Virus record (IMG/VR): IMGVR_UViG_3300043570_000324
Location: 1 to 24,070 of that record
From: a virus
Lineage: Duplodnaviria; Caudoviricetes
Reading direction: 5' to 3' (one strand)
DNA: 24,070 nucleotides
Shown: in pieces, positions 7,601 through 15,270 of the stretch
Position numbering within the stretch: position 1 is the first letter of the stretch
Layout: the number at the start of each line of letters is the position of its first letter
The notes under the pieces: model-generated
Seen by the model: the letters and a program-made list of their open reading frames with translations, nothing else
Told to the model about the DNA's origin: nothing
Databases searched by the model: none
Position numbers and translations under genes: made by a program

Positions 7601-10316
7601 TAAAGCAGTTGTTGATTTAATTGCAACAGAAAATGGTAAGGGCGGACCAGGAACGGCTGGTGCAGATAAAGGATTTATTGCAGCATTAGAAGCAGTTAAA
7701 GCAAACTTTGATTGGATTAAGAGCCTACCTGAGAACCAACAGAAGACTGCAATGTTAACAGTCATTACTGCTTTTCAAGAAATAACTCCAGAACAGATAA
7801 AGGCAGAAACACAGAAACGATTAAAGGCTGCTGGCGGAGCAATGACTGTTGAAAGTTTCTTAAACAGCCCTGCAGGTCAAGCAAAAATAAGAGAAGATTT
7901 AGCCATGCAAGCAGCAAAGCCACAGTATGCTCCTGCACAGATTAAGCCAAAGGTTCCAAAGGGTGGGCCAACTGGCGGGGATACAAAAGGAAGTAGAGAT
8001 ACAACTCTAGACGACCTATTGCTTACATTAAAGTTAACAAGAAATGCAAGCATTAACGCAGAGGGCGGACTAAAAGAACTTAAGCGTGTATTTGCTGATG
8101 GGTTACTTGAAAAAGGTTTTGTTGGATTAAGCCAGGCACTATTAGACCAATCAGGAAACCTAGACTTTATTAACTTTGTTGGTGGTTTAGATGAGGCTAC
8201 TAAAAAGGCTTATATTAACACAGAATTTCTTGAAAAGGGAATAATTAAGTTATCAGATGTTGGAGAATTAGCAAAGAAAGGCTACGATGCTGGAGTAGTA
8301 GGAGAATATAATTTATCAACAAAAGAAGCAATTACAACAATAGCAGCACAAAGAATAGAGTTTGGCAAACTAACAATTGCAGGATTAGACAATGTTGAAG
8401 CAGCAGAAATGCTTACAGATGCTAACTTTGCACTAGCACTAAGCCATACTACAAATGCTAAAGATGTTGATATTTTAATTGCAGCGTATAAAGAATTAAA
8501 AAAGGTTCAAAAAGCCTATGCAGATGATCAGTTGACCCCTCTTCAAAGAGCACAAAAAGGGTTTGACGAAATAGGTCAAAAGGTTAATAAGTTTTTCTCA
8601 TTATCAAGGCAAGCCGTTGAAGGTAAATATGCTAGAAAAATCTTTGATCAAGAAAAACTAGTTCAAGAAGCACAGGATACCGTTGATGCTATTGAAAAAG
8701 AAATTGACGGCATTCAGGTAGGAATAAATGCAAAAGAAGCAGAGATTCAAAATAAGGTTACAATTCCACTTAGAGAATTTGAAGAGGCCATCACTAAAAT
8801 TCAAGAAGAAATTTCTACTAATTTTGATGAACCAATTGCAGTGTTTCAAGAAGAGACTTCCGATCTATCAAATGATTTAACTTTAATTGATAGAGCAGCG
8901 GGTGAAATTAATAAAAAGTATGATGCACAGGAAGAAGCATTAAATAAAATCTCTGAACTAAATCAAGATTTAATTGCACAAGAAAAACAAAGAATATCTC
9001 TTGCCGATGCTTTGTCACAAGGAGACATTTCTGCAGCAGCCCAAATAGCACAAGATATGAGATCTACCGCAGCAGAAAAGGCAGCCTCTGGTGCTGGAGA
9101 CTTATTAAGCGTAGCAAGAGAACAAGAGATTGCAAATTTAAGATCTGCTAGTGGTCAAACTAGACTAGAGATTGAGCAACGACAATTTGAAATAACTCAA
9201 GCAATTTACAATCTTGAAGAAGATAGAGAAATCCTTGAAGCCAAAATTGCAAAGATTAAAAAAGATGATATTATTCCTCTTGAAAATATAAGAAAAGGTT
9301 TGTTAGTTTTAATTCGTAATGAAGAAGATAAGATTTATGCAATAACAAATGGAAGACTCTTAACAGAACAGCAAAACCTTAGAACAAAACAAGATAGTTT
9401 AATTGCAATAGAAAATGAAAAGCAGGCAGAATTAGATAAACTTTATTCTTTAGAACTTCAATGGATAGAGGTTCAAGCAGGAATTGCTGGAGCAGAAGCA
9501 GAAACAATTGACTTGCAAAGTGAAATTTTAAAAGCAATAGAATATGCTAAACAACTTGCTGCAATATTTGCTAGTATGGGTACGTTTAATAATCTATCAT
9601 CAAGTGGATCATTTACTTCAGATGATAAATATGTCGCACCAGCAAGTACTGCAGCAGATGAAGCAGCACAAGCAGAATTTATAGCCTTAGTTAAAGAACT
9701 TGATGCAGCACAGGCAGCACTTGATGATGCCTACGACAAAGGGTTGTGGGCACAGTTTGATTCACTACAAAGAAAACTTGCAGCAGCGCAAGCAGCCTAT
9801 GATGCAACATTGCCAACGGTTGATCCAAATAGTATTGGTGGGGGCGGAGGAGGAATAAGTTTCCTGGCTATGTCTTCTGGTGGAATGGTTCCAAAATATA
9901 TGGCAAGTGGAGGAAAAGCCATAGGTTCTGATACAGTTCCAGCAATGCTAACTCCTGGAGAATTTGTAATGAACAAGTCAGCGACTAAGGCATTTGGTCC
10001 AATGCTATCCGCAATAAATGGATCAAAATATCCATCAATGATGCGTGGCCTATCAAGTCCTCAGTATGGAGGTGGTGCGAACAATATTTCATCTACACTG
10101 ATATCTCAATCATATCCACAAATGTCAAATGTTTCAGTTATGCCTATTACAAATATGAGTTCAGCAAATGTAAATACTAACTCAACGGCAGTGTATAATT
10201 ATAGTGTAGGCATCAATGTTGGTGGATCTAACTCAAGCCCTAACGATATTGCAAGGGCAGTTATGACAGAAATTAAAAATGTTGATGCACAGAGAATAAG
10301 GAGTCAAAGAGGCTAA
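1644..10316 (+). CDS. Tape measure protein (2890 aa) with internal globular cargo, including a kinase-like domain
   Basis: Longest ORF, Ala/Lys/Gln-rich and helical, with RBS GAGGTG at 1631-1636. It has a TP901-type TMP core (ETTISLTNAFG...GINASEGANALKSGLASLINP...AIEQLFGK), hydrophobic segments, a C-terminal coiled coil and the terminal motif SGG...SDTVPAMLTPGEFVM. It sits right after the tail chaperones. Confidence 0.95.
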   Translation: MSDVNANIGININASSALAELKALQRQIATFHQQVAKGSASAAIAQKGLQTNLLNAINATGKFHAQMGLVRTSTESFTHALETNKLSMGQYFKYAAGSTKTFGKLFKSEFDTIAKVAQERVKKMQTQYIKMGKDAQGATRAMSITPHSLNMKDAATQIAIASQKQAIFNQLVRQGSTNLLNFGKNTQWAGRQLMVGFSVPLLYLGSVASKVFMDLEKQAIRFKRVYGTMFTTSDETNKALADIQILAKEFTKYGVAVADTVKMAADAAAMGKTGAELTAQVAEATRLAVLGGVEQQQALETTISLTNAFGVSAKDLTSKINFLNAVENQTVVSIEDLTIAIPKAGPVIQQLGGDVEDLAFFLTAMKEGGINASEGANALKSGLASLINPSKKAEGILGDLGINIRGIVEANKGDIRSTVIGFSQALDTLDPLNRARAIEQLFGKFQFARLSTLFQNVTKEGTQASKVLQLAGASVEELAIISERELKTVENAVGVNFRESIEKLKLTLVPIGEAFLKALTPVVKVVGNVLDKFNNLGDGTKKFIVIATGLVGFIGPVLLMTFGLLANGLANIIKLFLALRVGFLKMTGDSSNLAATTNYLTAEQLEATTVAASLNQAHTRLTQQFELETGAVSALRSAYVAATVAAAKFAMANPGMMAGRAGKAAAGAKPGVKNIPFSYAKGATYVPGTGNKDSVASMLTPGEAVIPAPVAQDPQFQPIIDAMVNGKLQGFNGGATKVTQASKKETKMSSKDAFTHVGKAESLLAQDYIKQTPGLTAYDKARINAVDGIVRANTGQSGSVLNYGGLGFSFDAELNNQLAKKSGVPINVFEKEWLSQGPGKWNATEQRLMIENLHGTDNKIIDDAMLKKIKEEAAKNGGKVTDDIIKQSFKDLPPEAKITKTYESMRGLLESKSKYGLGKGLSHNPKILEQKFRKAIAAGTIANLPVTIIDGDATEYKGKPTPLDKDGKPRKLSSVIGSHTDFPLPDNEHIIIKGKGKGGKERVGGEYVYDEKLKAHVFLARGASSKSNNVGLRPELGPSQEVKETRKRLSKESLAEMKRIDAEVKSSSMAKVKPTDFGKQIAKSAGYSFPGDRSIGGVYEKPDGTRVFVKPMVDEKSARAELNINKIHKAIGLTAPEQVMRTMTDPNNKRRKLIVLESAFDPRFAEEKMTGKFTKKQYFKQLTASLLRGDKDLKRGNLSGNIVTDPGAAGVFDRASGRRDYSANINSMLGQAEINLLGAPGGRGLSKDFALSTANIPKGMTADQYHRAMIAEIERITPIVKETLRSIPMTDPNEAKAYRDMYRRLVKGKYTDWRGIHKMHSAVEPAFVTNKESLLDEKTGKIEKIKGEKKPKGAKPDTGKLADNKFTRIPRKKRVVKTPPKRAGRVTLPGFNNAPTVIPFSDTGSMTQSQIAAKTRVAESKLIESVEKSTAANIETEKQTKKLGVKAASAANVFGMVAIGASFLPGKLGELAQKILPFAIGLQVVTMLFPILKTGILKMVASMTPWGLALTAIVAAIGAGTLIQKMINANNIKMAKKQSDYIDSISATTEKMKKVSALTNTYSASQVMSIKRQNASSDKFTKNYDRAGQQFGTSFAASEVGKEIFKGFQDDLLRSGTGPAVKSFALQLSGLVSDGVITGIQAGDIARQVAVDFQDMSLYPKIVGDLTSIIGPDGSDILKDPIRVRLEIVKESQDNIKNLISGIMTTKDTGFSINKIFAGVAKNKEISALMGAASVQNLEITQAQIDATNYEYDKKLQILNTDLASAKTAKAKLDIQNQIKEATDKNLADNEKLNKANADNLKVMQDAFNLTKGDRNSSNAFMEAARQQARAKVKGTQNEPFLDPMLKLAAGTGSKSLELKITALAGSGTNPLLLTNLMGIFKGDNEGLTKNLDLMVTTHGAGEIQTLLSNLNIEKLDDKTKKQLFIDINLVKDKTQFDDLNATLAILNTMPKDFDINTFLKGDAIGKLRTLTGQLNKVNNIKDVSVKAVVDLIATENGKGGPGTAGADKGFIAALEAVKANFDWIKSLPENQQKTAMLTVITAFQEITPEQIKAETQKRLKAAGGAMTVESFLNSPAGQAKIREDLAMQAAKPQYAPAQIKPKVPKGGPTGGDTKGSRDTTLDDLLLTLKLTRNASINAEGGLKELKRVFADGLLEKGFVGLSQALLDQSGNLDFINFVGGLDEATKKAYINTEFLEKGIIKLSDVGELAKKGYDAGVVGEYNLSTKEAITTIAAQRIEFGKLTIAGLDNVEAAEMLTDANFALALSHTTNAKDVDILIAAYKELKKVQKAYADDQLTPLQRAQKGFDEIGQKVNKFFSLSRQAVEGKYARKIFDQEKLVQEAQDTVDAIEKEIDGIQVGINAKEAEIQNKVTIPLREFEEAITKIQEEISTNFDEPIAVFQEETSDLSNDLTLIDRAAGEINKKYDAQEEALNKISELNQDLIAQEKQRISLADALSQGDISAAAQIAQDMRSTAAEKAASGAGDLLSVAREQEIANLRSASGQTRLEIEQRQFEITQAIYNLEEDREILEAKIAKIKKDDIIPLENIRKGLLVLIRNEEDKIYAITNGRLLTEQQNLRTKQDSLIAIENEKQAELDKLYSLELQWIEVQAGIAGAEAETIDLQSEILKAIEYAKQLAAIFASMGTFNNLSSSGSFTSDDKYVAPASTAADEAAQAEFIALVKELDAAQAALDDAYDKGLWAQFDSLQRKLAAAQAAYDATLPTVDPNSIGGGGGGISFLAMSSGGMVPKYMASGGKAIGSDTVPAMLTPGEFVMNKSATKAFGPMLSAINGSKYPSMMRGLSSPQYGGGANNISSTLISQSYPQMSNVSVMPITNMSSANVNTNSTAVYNYSVGINVGGSNSSPNDIARAVMTEIKNVDAQRIRSQRG
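3678..3845 (+). repeat. Internal copy of the TMP C-terminal module (second copy at about 9870-10022)
   Basis: YAKGATYVPGTGNKDSVASMLTPGEAVI...IIDAMVNG compared with YMASGGKAIGSDTVPAMLTPGEFVM...MLSAING. DNA: ATGCTCACTCCTGGAGAA (3735) versus ATGCTAACTCCTGGAGAA (9945). Confidence 0.85.
4860..5615 (+). other. Atypical protein kinase-like (HipA/PI3-4K-like) domain embedded in the TMP
   Basis: Motifs in order: Gly-containing loop SIGGVY, VFVK (K1110), helix-C Glu (ARAE, E1121), GLTAP, catalytic loop DLKRGN (D1192, N1197), DPG (D1205, DFG equivalent), then a helical lobe. Confidence 0.72.
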
Positions 10317-10952
10317 ATGGCTACAGCAGCGTATTTAACAGGTAGACGTAGGTATGAACGCCCCCAGGCCTTGTTGTGGTCTGAGAACCCTGGTACGCTC
10401 TCTAATGGGGTATACCTGCCCAATGGCTTTGAAGTACAAGGTAACTTTGCTGGGTCAACAGATCCAGATCTAATTAATCAATTTATCATTCTTTCAGACC
10501 ATAATCGTGGGGAATTAAATTTTACACCTACAAGAATAGAACAAAGACAAAGAACTATTAATGGACGTATGCGTTCATATCACATAGCAGATAAATTAAC
10601 AATGTCTGTTTCCTGGAATAATTTACCATCAAGATCATATTATCAGGATGCAGGGTTTTTGGCTACTGGGTTATCCCCTGAGAAAAAGACTACAAGTGAA
10701 TTTACAGCAGATGGTGGAGCAGGCGGAGTAGAACTGCTTGACTGGTATGAAAATCATACAGGCCCTTTCTGGATGTTTATGGCATACGACAAATACTCAA
10801 ACTTTGGCAAGACTGATGCAGACTATGCACATCTTGCTCAATACAATCAAATCATTCAGGTTTACATTGCAGACTTTAATTACTCTGTTGTAAAACGTGG
10901 TGGCTCAAACCATGATCTTTGGAATATTTCGGTAACACTGGAAGAGGTCTAA
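10317..10952 (+). CDS. Minor tail protein, probably distal tail (Dit-like)
   Basis: 211 aa, starting immediately after the TMP stop (TAA-ATG). Beta-rich with hub-like ends (RQRTINGRMRSYHIADK; WNISVTLEEV). Called by position. Confidence 0.62.
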   Translation: MATAAYLTGRRRYERPQALLWSENPGTLSNGVYLPNGFEVQGNFAGSTDPDLINQFIILSDHNRGELNFTPTRIEQRQRTINGRMRSYHIADKLTMSVSWNNLPSRSYYQDAGFLATGLSPEKKTTSEFTADGGAGGVELLDWYENHTGPFWMFMAYDKYSNFGKTDADYAHLAQYNQIIQVYIADFNYSVVKRGGSNHDLWNISVTLEEV

Positions 10953-13900
10953 ATGTTTGTTAGTGAAACATTAAAGACACATTTAGAAACATCGTCAACT
11001 ATAAGCCTTCAGTCATTAGTTGTGGCTGAGTGGAATATGAACATGCCAGATAATATTTATAAACTTGGGAACTATAGATATAGACCCTTAGACTCAGATG
11101 TTACATACAAAACACTTCCTTTAACTTTTGATAACTTGGATGCTGGTAATTATTATACTGGTGCAACAGATGCAGACGTAGTTATTGATGGTGGATATAC
11201 AAACTTAGAGGTACCACAACTTTTTACATCAACTAAAGAAAAGGTTAAAATGCTTTATTCTTTAGAGGATTGTGTAAAACCTTTTAGACCTAGATCTGGA
11301 ATTAACAAAGCCTCCTACTTTAATAATAGATATCTTGCAAACTCTGGAGCATCAATGACTCTTAGACCAAGATATTATATGCCATCACGATATGATGAGT
11401 TTAAATATTGGTCATCTTTTAGAACTGAAAATAATATTGAAAGAGGAGTTGCAAAAAATATATTAAACTCTCTTAATTATATTGATGATTCAGTCCCTTT
11501 TGTTGTTTATAAAAATGCTGTTCCAGCAAACAGGCTTGTTGTAAAAATGCAAACAAATGTTGGTACCGTAAATATGGGGACCATGATAACTCAGTCTGGA
11601 TCATTAGGAGATCCACTATATGGAGTAGCAAATAAGACAACTCCAGTTAGATGGAAAATTCAATATTTAAGAGATAATGACTGGACTGATGCTTATTCAT
11701 TTGATGAAAACTCTGTTAGAGATGATGACACAGCAATAATTCCAGAAGATGGATATGTTGAGTTAGAGTATGGACTTAAGATTCCAAATGAGTATAAGTC
11801 AACATTTAAATTTGTAGAAAAGATATCATCTAGCACACTCCTTCCAGAAGACTCAATTAATGGATATGCATATCTTGTAGTTGAAAATGCAAACGAACGT
11901 GGCTTGTTTTATGTTTGGGATGAAGCAGATGCAGAATATGATACATTTATTCCAGAGTATGGCTGGATCCTTGGATCTGGTGTATTAAATAGTTCAACAA
12001 GTTTTGTTACTGATCTAACAAACCCAGAGTTATTTATAAACAACGAAAACAACCTAACAACATACAGAGAGTTTGCCTATGTTCGTGGCATTAGGATTGT
12101 TGTAGAGACAATGAATAAGTTTGACTCTACTTTTGATTTAATTGAAATATCTCCTAGACTTATTGTAGATATTTCAAATAAAGTAATTGATTTTAATATA
12201 AAAAAGGTTTTATCGGATATAGGGACAACTTCTTTGCCAGTAGGACAACTGCTTGCATCAACTGGCTCTTTGTCCTTATTTGATGATGACCAAGCATTTA
12301 ACGAAAATAATACTGCCAGCATTGTCTCTGCTTATATTAGAAAAAATATTAAGTTTCTTTTTTATGAGTCAATTTTTAATGTTCAAGGAGATGAATATTC
12401 AGTTCCTATTAAAACATTATATTCAGAGGGATTTCCACAGGCAGATATTACTGCTGCAACTCTTTCTTTAGAGTTAAGAGATTTTTATTTCTTTTTAGAA
12501 TCAATGCCTGCCCCAAGACTTTTAACTACTCAAACATCATTAAGTTATGCAGTATCGCTTTTACTTGACTATATTGGATTTAGCAATTATACATTTAAAA
12601 GAGTTGACGGAGAGAATGATCCAATTATTCCGTACTTCTTTATTGCTCCAGACCAAAACGTTGCAGAGGTTTTAAATCAACTGGCAGTATCAACACAAAC
12701 CGCAATGTTTTTTGATGAGTATAATAATTTTGTTGTAATGAGCAAAGACTACCTAATGCCTACTCTAGAACAAAGAGGGACAGACTTTGTTGTTTCTGGA
12801 TCAAATAACCAAACAGACTCTGGCGTAATAGAAAATGCCACATCTGGCAAACTTCCAAATATACTATCTATTGCATCACAAGATAAAAAAGTTTATAATG
12901 ATGGAAAAATTAATTATACAACAAGGTATATTCAAAGATCTTATGGTTCAATAAAGCAGTCAAGTATGATTGATAAAGAAAAAACATGGATCTATAAGCC
13001 ATCACTTTTGTGGGAAGTTGCTGGAACGGACTCAACAAAAACTATAAACGAGTTAGCATCTAAACAAGGCAGTTACGTTCTTGGAGCCATGCCATTAAAT
13101 TCGGACATTCTTGCGGTTGCTCCTACGGTTTCAGGACACGTTGTAGTAAACAACATAATTGATCTTGGAGAAAACGTATATTGGCTAACACGATATAATG
13201 GATATCTTTATTCTAACGGTGAGATTATCAAATACGATGCAGCAGAGTTTAGCATAACAGGTGTTGGAAATGTTTGGATTAGTAGCAATCAAGAATATCA
13301 AAAATATTTTGCATCTATTCCATTTAATGGAAAAATATATCCAACGGGATTAGTAAGAATATACTCAACCCCATACTACGAAACAGTTAATGGAATAAGC
13401 AGACTTCAAAATGGAGCGGTTGTAGACCATGGTCGTGGTCAATTTGGAACAAAAATAACTGATCACTACGCTGGAGTAAATACTTATTGGACCAGCAATA
13501 GTAATGTCCGTGGTGTTGACATGAAAACTCAATATTTATTTACAACCACGTTAGATGAAGATGTGACTTTACCATTAACAACAACTGGTGCAGCAGGAGT
13601 CAGCAATACGGTTGCAGGACAGTCAACAAGAAATAGCATAATAAAAAACTTTATGGCAACAAGTAATCTAACAGATACAGATATTAACAGTTTGCCATCA
13701 ACACAAACTGGAACAATTCAGTCATCTGCTTTGGTTTTTAACGGACCAGCATTTAAAACTACAGAAACACCACTAAACTTTGTTTCATATGTTTATAAAA
13801 ACCTGGATAATGCATATAAGCATTTTGGAACAAGAATGCGTATCATAGGTAAAATTCAAAATAATATTTCCTCAACTCAAACAGCACTTGGCAGTATTCC

Positions 13901-15269
13901 TTATTATCAGGTTAGCGGAAGCCAGCCAGATCAAAATGTTAACATTGGCGGAGGCTCTGGAGGTCTTGCGGTTTTATTAAATCCAGAAACAAACAACGGA
14001 TATTATTTTGAAATAATTGCTTTAAGTGAAGATAACATTACTCCTTATTTAAAATTAAATAAAGAGAATCAGGCAGAGGTATCAATTAACAATGTTGTGT
14101 TTTATAAAATTAAAAAAGATTCTAGTAATACCAACGCAATTCCAGTTAAACTTTGGGGTGGTTTAGCAAAAATACTTGTAGACGACGGTAAGTTTTCTGG
14201 ACAACAAAGAATGGCTGCTGAAGAGAATTCAACAGTGTATGATTTATCAGTAGAGTATCAAGACATTGGAAAAACAAGAAGGTTTTATTTATACATAAAT
14301 AACCAACTTATTAAAGTAGTAGACGATAATGATCCGCTTCCAGCCTATAACAACATGGCTTTATTTGTTCGTGGATCGTCTAAGTGTATGTTTGAAAACA
14401 TTTATGCTCTATCACAAAACTATAGCCAAAACACATCTTTTGTTGTAGGAGACACATTGTCAAAACAGTTTGGTGATTCCCAGGTTGATGTCAATGAGTC
14501 TTTTAGAAAATATGCCATGAGTGGTGTTGTGCAGTCAACATATCTATCTGGCATAAGTTCACAGCAGCCACCAAACTACGATATGTATTTTGAAGAGTTT
14601 GGCTCTATTATGCGTGAATGTGCATATTTTGATATTAAATATGATCGTGCTTACCCAGCACTTTATGCACAACTATCGCCAACGTTTAGCAAAACAAAGG
14701 GATACACAACTTCTGGGTTTTACGCAAACTCATATGGTGCTGAGTTCTTAGTCTTTAACTCAACTGACAAGGCTTTAAACTTAGATGAAACAACTGGAAA
14801 TTTTTTAAGAATTCAGGGCATTACTTTTACTCAAGATACAACTCATGAATTAACAGTGGATGAGTTCTTTAAAAAGCGTGGTAATTTGTCTGACCCAGAG
14901 TTAGTAGGCAGCACCCTTACCTATTCTCCATTAGTTGAAAAATCAAGGTATGATGAAATTAAATTAAGTAGATTAACATATGGAAAAAATGAATTTAGTA
15001 TTGATAGTACATACATACAAACACAAGATGATGCAGAAGCCATGTTGGGTTGGATCATAAATAAAGTTATGGTTCCAAAAAAATCTATCGGTATTAATTT
15101 ATTTAGCATACCAACCTTGCAACTTGGAGACATAGTCACAGTAGACTACAAAGATTCATCAGGACTTGATTTAATTACCTCTAATATTTCAAGGTTTGTT
15201 ATTTATAATATAGAATACGCTAGGTCTATTTCTGGCCCAAGCATGACAGTTTATTTGAGTGAGGTATAA
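10953..15269 (+). CDS. Large tail tip / baseplate hub protein (1438 aa)
   Basis: Abuts the previous gene (TAA-ATG). Hub-like motifs: VAEVLNQLAVSTQTAMFFDEYNNFVV and C-terminal YIQTQDDAEAM...PTLQLGDIVTV. Beta-rich internal domains rich in Asn/Ser/Thr/Tyr. Confidence 0.65.
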   Translation: MFVSETLKTHLETSSTISLQSLVVAEWNMNMPDNIYKLGNYRYRPLDSDVTYKTLPLTFDNLDAGNYYTGATDADVVIDGGYTNLEVPQLFTSTKEKVKMLYSLEDCVKPFRPRSGINKASYFNNRYLANSGASMTLRPRYYMPSRYDEFKYWSSFRTENNIERGVAKNILNSLNYIDDSVPFVVYKNAVPANRLVVKMQTNVGTVNMGTMITQSGSLGDPLYGVANKTTPVRWKIQYLRDNDWTDAYSFDENSVRDDDTAIIPEDGYVELEYGLKIPNEYKSTFKFVEKISSSTLLPEDSINGYAYLVVENANERGLFYVWDEADAEYDTFIPEYGWILGSGVLNSSTSFVTDLTNPELFINNENNLTTYREFAYVRGIRIVVETMNKFDSTFDLIEISPRLIVDISNKVIDFNIKKVLSDIGTTSLPVGQLLASTGSLSLFDDDQAFNENNTASIVSAYIRKNIKFLFYESIFNVQGDEYSVPIKTLYSEGFPQADITAATLSLELRDFYFFLESMPAPRLLTTQTSLSYAVSLLLDYIGFSNYTFKRVDGENDPIIPYFFIAPDQNVAEVLNQLAVSTQTAMFFDEYNNFVVMSKDYLMPTLEQRGTDFVVSGSNNQTDSGVIENATSGKLPNILSIASQDKKVYNDGKINYTTRYIQRSYGSIKQSSMIDKEKTWIYKPSLLWEVAGTDSTKTINELASKQGSYVLGAMPLNSDILAVAPTVSGHVVVNNIIDLGENVYWLTRYNGYLYSNGEIIKYDAAEFSITGVGNVWISSNQEYQKYFASIPFNGKIYPTGLVRIYSTPYYETVNGISRLQNGAVVDHGRGQFGTKITDHYAGVNTYWTSNSNVRGVDMKTQYLFTTTLDEDVTLPLTTTGAAGVSNTVAGQSTRNSIIKNFMATSNLTDTDINSLPSTQTGTIQSSALVFNGPAFKTTETPLNFVSYVYKNLDNAYKHFGTRMRIIGKIQNNISSTQTALGSIPYYQVSGSQPDQNVNIGGGSGGLAVLLNPETNNGYYFEIIALSEDNITPYLKLNKENQAEVSINNVVFYKIKKDSSNTNAIPVKLWGGLAKILVDDGKFSGQQRMAAEENSTVYDLSVEYQDIGKTRRFYLYINNQLIKVVDDNDPLPAYNNMALFVRGSSKCMFENIYALSQNYSQNTSFVVGDTLSKQFGDSQVDVNESFRKYAMSGVVQSTYLSGISSQQPPNYDMYFEEFGSIMRECAYFDIKYDRAYPALYAQLSPTFSKTKGYTTSGFYANSYGAEFLVFNSTDKALNLDETTGNFLRIQGITFTQDTTHELTVDEFFKKRGNLSDPELVGSTLTYSPLVEKSRYDEIKLSRLTYGKNEFSIDSTYIQTQDDAEAMLGWIINKVMVPKKSIGINLFSIPTLQLGDIVTVDYKDSSGLDLITSNISRFVIYNIEYARSISGPSMTVYLSEV

Positions 15270-15270
15270 A

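Noticed and set aside
10191-10199. GTGTATAAT near the TMP end as a promoter for tail-tip genes
   Set aside because: A perfect -10, but it lacks the TGn extension and a clear -35, and lies about 120 nt from the next start. It cannot be told from chance in AT-rich DNA.
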